NCBI GenBank assembly: GCA_964188305.1
Contig: OZ076894.1
Reading direction: 5' to 3' (one strand)
Source: Podarcis bocagei
Lineage: Eukaryota
Length of the DNA: 64,000 bases
In this document: in pieces, positions 25,939 to 37,965 of the stretch
Position numbering within the stretch: the stretch's first letter is position 1
How the letters are laid out: the number at the start of each line of letters is the position of its first letter
Position numbers and translations under genes: made by a program
Notes under the pieces: generated by a model
Databases searched by the model: none
What the model was told of the DNA's origin: nothing
Seen by the model: only the letters and a program-made list of their open reading frames with translations

Positions 25939-26702
25939 TGGGCCACAAGCAATGATGTAGAATGAACTGCTGTGCTAACTCAGTGACATTAAGCGGGCAT
26001 TAAAGACAAGCAATGCAATGTAGTCCCTGAAATATTGGCAACTGTTGGAGGCTATTGTTGTATTCTATGAACTCTAAGTTTGTGTTTTAAGAAGTTTGTC
26101 CTGGGCGGGATTCAGTAGTTGATGGAAGAGATGGGAGGAATAGAGCAAAATAGGCACTGGGGCCAGAAGCATGAGCCTACAGCCCTTCTACTTCACTCTA
26201 ATAATGCATGAAAACAGCTAAATTAGCCACCCTATCTCACATTATACACCCCCCTCCCAGCAGCTGGAGGCAAATGAACTGCATACATAAGGTAAAATTA
26301 TTACTGTTTGATGGCTAGAAGGCTACCTATCTTTTAAAACCTCTGGCAGGCTGTTGAAGAGTGCAGTCCAAACTGTTTTCACTGCAGTGGCAATGCTTCT
26401 CCACTATGGGGGAGCATAATGCAAAACTACTTGGTAAGTAGCAGGGCTGTGAGATTTTGAGACCTGCTCCATGAACAGAATCTGCCTTTGCAGGGAAAGA
26501 TGCCAGTTCCCTCCTGCATCTAACATGATGCTCTGTGCCTCTTTTGCTGGACCCAAACTTTGTTTCTCAAACTTCCTGCTGCTTAATTAATAAACATGGC
26601 AACTAGATAGAACCTGGCACAAGGCCTTATTCCCATTCAGCACATTGACATACAATTGTAGTGATTTAGATTTGGCACACAGTTCACCAAGCTAGTGACA
26701 CA

Positions 26703-26704
<2 letters not shown>

Positions 26705-26776
<72 letters not shown>
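26705..26776. repeat. Compound (GT)n(GA)n microsatellite
   Basis: Read directly from the sequence. Confidence 0.95.
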
Positions 26777-26780
<4 letters not shown>

Positions 26781-29116
26781 TATAAAAAGTATTAAATTAA
26801 ACAGGTTAATATGACTGCAACATTTCACCCCCTGCTATCCCACAACCACAGTAAATCTGCCACCTGTTTATTTCCATAAAAATTCAATTACAGCATCACC
26901 AGTTTATTCTTCTTATGTGAGCAATTAACTGCTGGATGTTCTCGGCTTAAAAAATATCCCCCCCCCCGTGAAACTAGTTATTTTGTTGCTAACATTTTGT
27001 GGACAGCTGAACCTCTGCTCAGTGGATTGACCTGCCTCGCCCAACACTGTATAGTGTAAAGGCAGGTTCTACTTCAGGTGCTTGGAATGTCAGTCATTGA
27101 CCCAAACTGGACGGACAAAGTTCCTAACCCAATGATTTTCCTGGCATTTGATACTTGTTTTTTCTGGATTAAAATTGTTTTAAATATTGTTTGATGATGT
27201 GAGGAAACATCTTTTTGCAATTGTGGTATAACCCAGTTACTATTACCTTCTAAGTTTGATCCTCCTCTTTATACAGTGTTTTTGAGAAATTGTTCTCTAT
27301 CTAATCTATAGCTATCTGTCTGTCTGTCTATCATCTATCTATGGGATTCAACAATGTCTGTCAACTGTAGCACAGACTATGTCAGCAAACCCTTTCTTTC
27401 CTTGCAGTGATGTCACAACTGGAAGAGGCAGGTGGATGAATGTTGTTCGCAGCATCTACATTCAAAGGAGCATAGTGAATGCATTCAAATGGTGCCTCAA
27501 TTTCTGCCCTTCTTGTGGCACAGAAGCGCACAGCGTGCCCCACCAGTTGCAGCAGCAACAAAGCAAGTTATCAGAAATAGCAGGAGATGATTTTTCCTCC
27601 TTTGTTTTCTTTTTGCCACTGCAGCTATTACACCCACATTATTTCATTCCAGCAGATTATATTCTTGGAATATAATCAACAGAAAGTTAAGCATCCCTAT
27701 GCCCAACTGACATGAATGGAATCTATAACTTGATACTAAATATAGGTACATGGAAGCAAATTCTCTTCCCACATATTTCCCACAGAGCAGGACAGTACAA
27801 GTCATTTCTGACACTGGACATCCAGTGGCAGGGAGATTCATGTCGTGGGAAGTAGGCTTGAAATAGGCCTCTTTCAGATAGCATTTCCTATCTCCGTGGC
27901 TCTCCCACAGGGTCAAACAGCCTGCTTATGTTTGGTGAAAGATAAAGTACACTAACAACTTATTTTCTCCATTTAACACATGAGTTCAAGTGCTCCTTCT
28001 GCTGTGGAAACCTTTTCAGGCAGACGCTGTTTCACTCCAGCAGATTTCCAGATAGAAATGAAGTAAATTCATTGTGTGTGGGCTCTCACACCACAAATGG
28101 AACAACCCCCTAGCACTATGAATTTTGTGTCATGTGCTGGAAATGTGGCATGATATTCACTAAAGGCAGGGCTTTTTTTCAGCTGGAACTGAGTTCCAGG
28201 ACCTCTCAGGTGAGCACTATTGCCATTAAAAGAGAACAAGGGGTGCATTCATAGTGAGTTCCAGCACCTCTTTTTCTAGAAAAATAGTACTGACTAAAGG
28301 AAGGAGTTAATGGCAAATCTGTGCGCAAACACACAGTTGGAAAAGAACAAATCTGCTTGCATTCGACCAACAAATGCAGGGTCTAATGGAGTCAGAAGGT
28401 GTGAAGGATTCACCCTATAAAATGTGTTTCCATCTCAAATGTGGCAAAAGACCTTATAATACATCATTTACGAAGGATGGGAGAGAAATAAGCAGTCACA
28501 GGGCTTTTAGGAGATAATGTCATGTAGAATAGATACTTCCTTAGTTTAGTGGTTGTGAAGTTAGCAGGTGTTGCTGGGGGTGGGAGAGTGAGAAAGAAAT
28601 TAAATTCCATTTTCATTAAAAGGCGAATTTGCCAAGTTTGTACCTTCTGAAACAATCCGGGAACTGAAACATAGCCATCCTTTGAAATTCATACTTGAAT
28701 CTCACACAGTAGTTCTCTAGCCGAGTAAGTCAAGTAATGGGTACAGAAGACTCAGATTCCTTGGACATTGGCCTAGGCCTAGCCACTACTGACCTTCCTG
28801 GCCTTGCTGCACTTCACATTTGCTATTGTTATCTGCCTACCTATCCTCTCTAAGCAAGTGAGTAGTGACAGGACGAAAGACAGCGAGTGACAACACATTG
28901 TCCTTTCCCTTAGGGCTGCTGGCCTGACTCAAGGAGGGGCCAATTGAGGACATCTTTTTCCAAACGCGCCAACATTTAGTGCCAGCACTGATTAGGATGA
29001 AACAATAGCTCATTATGTAGACATTGTTCACACCAGAATAGCACGATCCAGCTAATCAAAGATGCTGCCTTGGGGATGAGAACCCTCTCTCTGCTAACTC
29101 AGCTGCAAAGAAATCG

Positions 29117-29540
29117 TAGCATCATAGAAACGTGGAAGTGGACAGGGACTTGCAGCTCATCTAATCCAAGTGTCCACTTGGTAGAGGCAATCCAGAGCTA
29201 CAGCATCTCCAAGAGATGGCTGATCTACTTCTGCACCAAGGCAGTGGCAGATTGGGGGGGGGGCATGGCTGGTTTGGTTGCACTGGGTGTGGAGCCTCAC
29301 TGGTGCTGCAGGGAACACCACAACTGTGATTTAGAATGGAGCTTGAGAGGCGGGGATGGGTGCTGAATTTTGGCATTGCACAGGATGCCACTGAAATTGG
29401 AGACCCCAAGTTCCACCACTGATGGAGATAGCCGACGAAGACTGTTAGCACACCTTCGGATAGTTGGTTCCATTGTTGAACTGTTCTTACCATCAAGAAG
29501 TTTCTCCCAATGTTAAATTGAAATCTCCCCTCCTGGTCTT
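29117..29540 (-). mobile_element. CR1 LINE 3' fragment interrupted by a ~180 bp CAGTGG...CCACTG MITE (29242-29421)
   Basis: Minus-strand translation QEGRFQFNIGRNFLMVRTVQQWNQL is the CR1 ORF2 C-terminus. Confidence 0.75.
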
Positions 29541-30366
29541 TAAGGCTGTTATATATCACTTAGTCTGTAACTGCTATAACCATTCATATTTCTTTGTCTA
29601 GATTTTTTGTGATTTCCTCCCCTCCACCAAAGTATTTGGTTTTACCATACATATCTAAATGGCACTGCATTTCAAGAGTACTTCATTTCATCCCTTAGAA
29701 CAAACTTTATAGGAAAAAAATAGTGTGAGCAGCATTTATACCGCTCCTCAGACTCTTTCCCTGCCACATGTTACACCATCATTTAACATTTTGCAGAATT
29801 TAAAGGTGCCATATATATACCAAGCAAATAAACAAGTGAAAGTTGGAAAGCTTTTTTTTTCCAGTGTCTGCCACTTAAGAAGGTATGTCCTGTTCTGCAC
29901 TGCATGTTTTGTAATAAAGAGTACTACATTAACATTGTATGACTGCTGTCCCTCCTGGGATCTTCACAAAAAACTCCTGTAGATGTTTATCTCTTATGAT
30001 GTTATCTCATTGAGCAGCTCTTTAAAATAAACTAAGTGTGGCTTATGTAGTTGTAGTGAGAATCTGCCTGGTGGCTATTTTGATGTAAACACCTTTGTGT
30101 CTAAACACTGATGGCTTAGGGATTCTGAATTTTGCATCTCCATAGGAAAATGCCAGATACAATTGTTCTTACCTTTTTGTTTATGCTACATCTGTTTTAA
30201 ATCCTATTTACCACCCTTCTCTTTGCAATTTAGGAAAGATGTTGCAAACATCTCTGACAGCCCCAGTAATGTGTTGGCCTAGAAAGTCTAACCCAGGCAC
30301 TGTCACTCCTGGGTAAGAGATTAGCCCTGATTAGCAGAGTATTTCAGGGAAGAGAAAGACTGGATG

Positions 30367-32497
30367 GATTTCCGGGTTAGCGCCTCCGGCAATGGCGGAT
30401 TTCCTCTGATCGGGAGGAATCCGCTCTGTGGAAATTAGGGTCTGGACCACCACGGCGAGGCGGAGACCCATTAAAAACCACAGGCGGGAGAAGCCTGTGG
30501 ACGTGGGATTCGGCTGGCACCTTTTGCGCCTCCCCTACTTGCGGGGAAACCCGGTTTCAGGGATCCGGAGCGACGTGGGGTGAGCGGCGCGGTGCTTCGA
30601 ATCGACTGCTTTTTTCACGGAGTGAAGCCGCATTGCTGTTGTCGGAGAGCGCTGACTTTTTCCTGTGGACAATTGGACTCTAAACAACTACCCGTGAGTA
30701 GAATGGAAAATTGGATCTCTAAACATCTTAATTTGGCATCAAAACGGGAAGGTTTCAAACAGGAAGTCTGCCTTCCTCTTTTGTAAATAGATTAAAGCAA
30801 AGACGTTGCAAGCTAAAGTCTGGAAAGTCTTTTGTAAAGAATTAAATCTCCATCGGCTAAAATTACTAAACCTCCCTTGGAAGCAGGAGAAGAGGGGGAA
30901 AATTTTAGATCGTTCAAGCCTGCAGGAGAGAGAGTGAAGAAAGATAAATTACCACCGTTTCGAACCTGGGAACGGGCTGCCAGTAAGATTGATGTTTTGG
31001 GAAAGTTCATTGACTGTGAATAAAACATATGTTGACAGACAGTTAAATAAGAGAAATATATTGCTTCCATTGTTTCCTTTTGCACTTAAAAAGGAGCAAA
31101 ATAGTAACTGAAAATCGAAACTAACTTTGTTGCTGGATCTGCGCTTAAAAGGATGGATACAAATAGAAATTGTTTCCCCTAGAGGGAGCTTTTGAAACTG
31201 TTGCAGGAGTGGAGCTGGGGAATTTTCCAGCTGCAGAGATTAAAGACCGTGAGAATCAGAGATTGACCTTGGACAAGAATTTTGACAGAAGAAGCCTTAG
31301 TGATTGCATTTTGCAAGACAAGTGCTTTATTGGAACAGCTTCATGAGAAGACGGATGTGATGATTATTAAAATTGACAATTTGGGACAAAAAATGACTGA
31401 TTTGGGACAAAAAGTGAATACCTATTCAGAAACTACTCAGGAATTGATTCAGGAATCTGTTTTGACATGGCAAGCTGTGGAGAAGACGAAGGAGAAAGTT
31501 GTTGTTGAACCTCGAGTAATTCAAGTGGAGAGAGCCCCGGCCTCACAGAGGCAATTTGATGAACATAAGCTGTTGCCTTTTACGATCGAATCTAGAGAAA
31601 GCCAGATTTGGTGGGATGGAGCCCTGCTTGGATTGGAGAAGGAAAGTTGGATAGATCCTCTTATGCAGGGATGTTCTGGCCTTTGGGATCTGGATTTGGG
31701 TCAGGGGGAGATTGGCGCTCTGAAATATCTTTTGGACTTTAGTTCTGACTATGGAGAATGGGCTGACCTGTCAAGAAGGAATAAAGACATTGTTAGGTTG
31801 GAGTTTCCCTGAGATCTACTCCTCAGTGCCAAAGGAAGGAAATTAAGAACAAGATCAGCAGAAGATAAAGTAAAGTGCATGTATAAATATGAAGAAGATC
31901 TGCAGAAGGGACATGGAAAAGAGTTAAGAGCCTTGGACAGAAGGTCACCAGGTTGATGGACCATATGGAATTGATAGAAAGGACTGACAGAATCCGAGAC
32001 CAGGGAGAAGAGACGGTGGAAGAAGATTGGAAAAAAAGGTTTTTTAAAAAAATTATTTAGAGAAATGTTGCAAAATTAATGAGTGTTAGAAAAATGTTGG
32101 AATGAAATTATATGGCTTTAGTAGAAATGTTATAAGGAGTTAAGTATAAATAAGTTTTAGGGTTTTAATGGTAAGATAAGGCTAAAATAAATTAAGATAA
32201 TTAAATGACAGAAAACAGTGAAAGATGGAAAGGATTTGCTGAAATAATTAATAACTAGAACACAAAAAGGGAGGTGTGAGGAGGTCGATGAAACAAGTTA
32301 ATGAAAGATAAAAATATGGAAATATTGGATGTGTTTTTAATTGTTTTTTGCTTTTGTTTTTGTTTTGATGTATTGTGTCTTTTGCTTTTTTTGATATGCA
32401 CTGTAATGTATTGATTTGTATCGTTTATTTTTTTCTCTTTCTTTTTTACTTCTTTCCTTAATTCTTAAACTTTTAATAAATATTTTTTTTTAAAAAA
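30367..32497 (+). mobile_element. Full-length non-autonomous L1 derivative (HAL1-like), 2.13 kb
   Basis: 17-bp TSD AAGAGAAAGACTGGATG at 30350-30366 and 32498-32514. CpG-rich 5' end with AATGGCGG. The 3' ~550 bp is homologous to the end of ORF2 and the 3' UTR of the L1 at 45508-46689. Ends in AATAAA and an A tail. Confidence 0.9.
31282..31812 (+). CDS. Putative ORF1p-like coiled-coil ORF within the non-autonomous element (start uncertain; first in-frame ATG at 31360)
   Basis: 176-codon open frame. The N-terminal half is heptad-like (LEQLHEKTDVMIIKIDNLGQKMTDLGQKVNTY) and includes a 21-bp, one-heptad duplication. Confidence 0.4.
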   Translation: MTEEALVIAFCKTSALLEQLHEKTDVMIIKIDNLGQKMTDLGQKVNTYSETTQELIQESVLTWQAVEKTKEKVVVEPRVIQVERAPASQRQFDEHKLLPFTIESRESQIWWDGALLGLEKESWIDPLMQGCSGLWDLDLGQGEIGALKYLLDFSSDYGEWADLSRRNKDIVRLEFP

Positions 32498-33158
32498 AAG
32501 AGAAAGACTGGATGAATCCTCCTAAGAAGAGCCTGCTGGATCAGCCACAGGTCCATGTAATCCAGTATCCTATTCTCACAGAGACCAACCAGATGCATAT
32601 GGGGAAGCCTGACTTCTAGACTCTAGTTTAGAAATAATCCAGTTGTACTGGATTATGTTCTAACAGGGACCATTGCTGCACCTTTTGCTGGGGGTGGGCT
32701 TAAAGTGTTATTATCTAATTCATATAATGCTTATATGCAAAAGTGGCTTCTAAGCAGTTTACAACTATAAAATCCATCATAAAATTGACACATAATTAAA
32801 ATACACAATAAAAATTCCACCAGAGTAGAAAACATCCTTAATTAAAATATACACTAAAACAAGCCAGTTAAAAAGCATGGCAATCAAAACAATTGGGAAA
32901 CAGTTAAAACAATAAGATCAGAAGTTGTTCAAGGAAACTTGACAGATGTTCTTTCAGGAGCCAGCGGTATGCCAGTACTAATGGGCCTCTCATATATTAT
33001 CAGGGAAGTTATTCCACAACACTGGTGCCACCAGTGAAAAGGCCACATCTATGTCACCACAAGCTGATAATCATTGGGCTGTGGCAAAGTGAATGGGTTT
33101 CATCTGCTGATCATAATCCCCTTATTGGGCACTGGAGGTGAAGACAGCCTTTCAAGTA

Positions 33159-33400
33159 CAGTGGTACCTCGGGTTAAGTACTTAATTCGTTCCGGAGGTC
33201 CGTTCTTAACCTGAAACTGTTCTTAACCTGAAGCACCACTTTAGCTAATGGGGCCTCCCGCTGTTGCCACACTGCCGCTGCGCGATTTCTGTTCTCATCC
33301 TGAAGCAAAGTTCTTAACCCGAGGTACTATTTCTGGGTTAGCGGAGTCTGTAACCTGAAGCGTCTGTAACCTGAAGTGTATGTAACCCGAGGTACCACTG
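33159..33400. mobile_element. TcMar/Tigger-like MITE
   Basis: TIRs CAGTGGTACCTCGGGTTA / TAACCCGAGGTACCACTG, with TA on the left and TG on the right. Confidence 0.9.
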
Positions 33401-33603
33401 TGGTTTGGTCCAGAGTTACTTAGAACTTAGTGACACATTAAAACTGGCTCAGTGGCTAGTGCAGATCCTTCAGCACTGGTGTGATATGTGCTTGATAAGG
33501 AACACCACTTGGGCTGTAACAAGCTGTACCAGCTTCAGCTTCTGTACCAACTGCAAGGGAGGTCTCACACAGACCACACTACAATAGTCCAGACGTCAGG
33601 TTA

Positions 33604-34191
33604 TGTCATGAATTGGCAGGACAACGGGAAGGAGAAAGAGGAACCCGGTGAGGGGACACACCAGGGCAAGATGGGGATGGGTAAGTGGAGATTGGTATAG
33701 GAAGTACTCACAGGTTGACAACGGCATGAGGGTTGGTGCACAGGAACCAGAGTAGCAGAGCCCACCACCAGATCCAGAGGGACCCCTGTCTTCACAAACA
33801 TGGTGGGCTTTGAAGCATAGGGAATAGCAGGCAGGGTACTCCAGGAGACTGAGGCAGGCAAGGGCCCACAGTCCAGCTCCTTAACTGGCCAGGTGGGGCT
33901 TGCTAGCTCTGGGAGGAGTGGTGTGATTCCTCACCTGCAGTAGGTTTGGAGCAGGTGAAGGTCACATGCCTCATCAAGCCCAGGTGCTGCAATCAGTATG
34001 CAAAGTAAAAAAGGGAAGCAGAGCTGCTGTGCTGTGTCTGCTCAACTGTCCATGTTGATAGATCTTAGCCTGGATTCTCCAGGATCTCAGTGGGACTTGT
34101 CCTTCAGTTTGACCTTTGGCCTTGTGGCTTGACCCAGGAATAGGGACTTGGCATACTGACTTGCTGCCAGGTAGACCAAGGGTTCCACACA
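33604..34191 (+). mobile_element. Solo LTR (family A)
   Basis: TGTCA...CACA termini with 5-bp TSD GGTTA (33599-33603 and 34192-34196). Confidence 0.8.
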
Positions 34192-34609
34192 GGTTACTAA
34201 CATATAAATCAAAGTGGCCAAATTATCCCTGCCCAGGCAGTGGCGGAGTGCAGACGGGGGTGGGGCTGGCACGTGTCCTGGGGGCATGGCATAGCATGCG
34301 TTCTGGGGGTGGGGTGCACTGCCTGCAGGGGCAGGGGGCCCAGAGCGGGTGGAGGAGGGCCAGCCGTGATGGAACACCACCGGGATGACATTGCTGGGGG
34401 TGTTGCACTCCCCCGCCCCCCTCTTCCTCCGCCAGTGTGTCCAGGACATGGTGCTGTTGATGCACCAGCTGCAATTATAATGTGTGAATTATGTGATCAT
34501 ATCATCTTCTATGCTTGCCTAGCACAGGACTTTGCAAGTAACATTAATCACTGAATAGTGATGCCTGCAAACCCTCGTTTATCCCAGCTACATGTTTACC
34601 TACCCAACA

Positions 34610-34890
34610 CCTGCTGGATCAGAGCAAAGGTCTGTCTAGTCCAAGACTGTTCTCACAGTGACCAACCAGATAGCAATGGGAAGCCCACAAGCAAGACCTG
34701 GGTGCAGTTCTACGTCTTCCACTTCTGATTCCTAGCAACTGATATTCAGAAATATACTGCCTTTTACATTGGCGGTAGCACATAGCCATCACGACTAGTA
34801 GCCGCAGCTTTACCCTCCACAAATTAGTCTAATCCCTTTTAAAACCATCCATTACATTTTATGGTAGCAAATTTCATAGTTTAACCACAC
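34610..34890. mobile_element. Old CR1-related LINE/SINE fragment; relatives at ~21477-21590, 32530-32610, 43510-43785, 44870-44980 and 51660-51895
   Basis: Recurrent blocks CTGCTGGATCAG...TGTTCTCACAGTG(G/A)CCAACCAGATG...GGGAAGCCCACAAGCA. Confidence 0.55.
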
Positions 34891-37467
34891 AAAAGAAAAC
34901 AGCTTTGCACCAGCCCAAGAAGAAAGATTTGTAAAGCAATCTCCTCACCTCCAAATTCACAATGTGTGTGTGTGTATTTACTGTCCTGGGAACCTTCTCT
35001 TTTTCTTTGCAAGCTTTCTTCTTGGCTCACTTCCTACACACGTTACTGCAACTGTTCTCCAGTTATTGTCTTCTTGCCAAATCTGAGATCTTCTTGAGTG
35101 TTTGTTCTCTCAAGCTGCCTGCCTGGCTGCCTCTTGTGACACTACAAAGAAGTACTGCATGAGATGATGTTGTGCTTGCCCTATTCAAAGATTGTTCTCT
35201 TCAGCTTGCAGACACCTAAGCAGTGGGGGTAAGACTGCCGTAGAACTCAGGCATGTTGGCTGAATGACCTTTATGTACTTTGATCCAAGCAGAATTTAGA
35301 ACTGTATTTTGTGTTAACCTGCTTATTTTTTATCTCTCTGTTCAAAAAAATCTAGCTTACAAAATATCAGCATCACGTTATAGCTTTCACCGGTTATAGC
35401 ACTGAAACACGAACCAGACTGAAAATAAGACAAAGTTACCTCATTATGGTATTAATGAAGTAATGCAGCCCATCAGATGCTGGGGTCAAATTTTAATCTA
35501 ATGGCACCTAGGTAGCATATGATACTGTTTCTACTCCCACCAAACTTTAAAATAGTTACAGATGTGTTCCGGGGGTCTTTTCTGCTACCAATGACCACTT
35601 ACTCTGTCCTCCAGGTGTAATAAAAATGTCTAGCCAATCTAGTTGATCTGGAACAACATGTAATAGTATTTATGACCAAGAAGGGTTTAATATGGTAGTG
35701 ACTATAGTTTTGTACTCTACTTTTAAAGGGGGTTGTGGGCAGTGCGATTTTTCTAGAAAAAGAGGTGCCGGAACTCATCATGAACACCTCTCTTGCTCTC
35801 TTATCATGGCAATGATTGCCCACCTGTGAGTTGCCAGAACTGAATTCTGGTGAATTTCAGCTGAAAAAAGCCCTGGTTGTGTGAGATTTTGAAGAGAGCC
35901 AATGGTGTATGGCTAGCAGGCTTATGTGCATGGTGGCTGGTCAGCAGAGACACAGAATTGCTTACTATTCATGTACATTCCTTGTTACTTCACAACAATA
36001 ACCATAATCCAATGGACAACTGGGTTTGTTGATTTCAGTGAGACAGACACCCCTACCATTCCCTTATGAGTCACACTGAGTAAGACTTCCACAATTTTAA
36101 GTTTGTACAGTTGCACTCTCCGTTGTTGTCCTTAGGTACTGCATAGTCCTTGGCTTTCTCCAGTAAGAAGTATTAGGCATTCAGTACCCCCCCTTTCCTT
36201 TAAAAAATAAATTCATCTGCATCTTGCATGTTACATTTGGTGGTATTCCATCCAAAGGATTAACTAGATTTGTAACTGCTTTGCTTTCGCAATGCTGTGG
36301 CGCCAGGTTTTTCGCCATGCCTGACACTCCGATCGTGATGGATACATGCTGTTGCTATTCTGTGAAACTTGAAATGCACAACTGTATAATATGCAATCAA
36401 CGGAGGGTTGACAAACCAGAAAATTAAAAAGCATGTGTTTGATTGAGTTACAATATCATATTAATGTACTGGGGTGTACAGTGGATTCAGATGAAGCCTG
36501 AATTTAAGTGGAAGGTTTTGGAGCTTCTCTGAGCCAAAGTGGGATCTTTCCAAACTGCCCAGAACTAAAGCCTCTGAAGCAATTCAAGATGCTTTGGAGA
36601 TTTGGATACTAAGCAAAATAATAATAATACTGCAGACAGTGTGTCTGAAAAAAATTGAAACATTTTGCCCCAAGTTTATCATATAAGGAAAATGCCAGGG
36701 TGAAGAAAGGGGAGAAGGACAGCTTGTTTGTGACTAACAGAACTAGCTTCTAATCAGTGGGGATGCCTTTACCCAAGTTCTCCAGCCACAGGGCTTTGGG
36801 AGAGGGATGTTGAAGTAATGGATCTCCTTGTTCTTGTCTGTTCTGTGCTCTTGCTAATTCTACTTGTGGTGCTTGCTTGGAAAATGCTGGATGTTCAAGT
36901 CCTTCTGCCTCTATGCCACATGCTAGGGGCACTATTTGGTGCGGGGGGAGGTTTGATGGGCCTTGGGCCCCCCTGAAATTTTCAAGGAGGAGGCTGGGCC
37001 CCCTCAATGTCCCATGGCAACATGTGCACACTGTGCATGAATGTTGTGTAACATGCTCACATGATTAGGGCACATAATATGACATGCTCACGCCATGTGC
37101 GCAAGCAGCACAGCAAGCACGCAACAAGCCAGCACATTGTGTGGCATGTGAGTGACATGTCACACATGTGATACGAGCATGTCACGCAGCACAGGATGCC
37201 TCAACTGTGAGGGCAAGCCAGCATATCTGCCCTATACCAACACATCCCCCACCTCTCATGGGCATTGCTGCAGCATCTCCTGTGATACCTGAGGCTCCAC
37301 TCCCAGAGCCACTGTACTGGTTGCACTCTCCTAAATCTGCCTCTGCAAGAACACCCAAACTATGGCATACAGACTCAGTTGCTTCCATTCCCACCCCTCA
37401 CATCAACATTTCTTCAATGGAAAAAGATACTTTTTGTTTGACGCTAGTTTAATATGAAATGGGTTGC

Positions 37468-37965
37468 ATGTCCAAAATGTTGTGGGACATTTCTGTCCCA
37501 TTGTGTACATGGATATCTGCTTCAACAGGGGAATGTTTGAAAAGCTGATCTAATACTTGAAAGTGTGAATCTAGAGCACTAATTCTGAGTGATAAGAGAG
37601 GGCTGAACCCCATCTATGGCATAGATTCTATGCCAATTGTGTCACCCCACTACCTTTCAAAGTAGCTACTATGCTGCACTGTGTTATATTGTTTGACTTT
37701 GTTTGTTAAATTTCTATCCCGCTTCTATTCCTCTTAGCTATAGCTTGCCCTGTACAACCTTATGCACTTCACACTTTCAAGTATTAGATCAGCTTTTCAA
37801 ACATTCCCCTGTTGAAGCAGATATCCATGTACACAATGGGACAGAAATGTCCCACAACATTTTGGACATAAGGAACCCCCCCCCCATGGTGCTTCATGTC
37901 TGTAGTGATAAAATATACTAATAAATAGTTGAGCATTTGCTGCTCATTCATGGACCCCCAAAATC
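37468..37965. repeat. Composite local duplication (two inverted segments and one direct segment)
   Basis: 37468-37569 is the reverse complement of 37768-37869 and 38467-38568. 37570-37724 is the reverse complement of 39110-39264. 37727-37965 is a direct copy of 38426-38665. Confidence 0.95.

Larger units (their letters stand above)
32700..34236 (-). mobile_element. Old L2 LINE 3' fragment split by two later insertions
   Basis: Minus-strand LGRDNLATLIYMLVT (34192-34236) continues as RLDYCSV beyond the LTR (left of 33603). A degenerate 3' UTR runs to ~32700. Confidence 0.65.
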
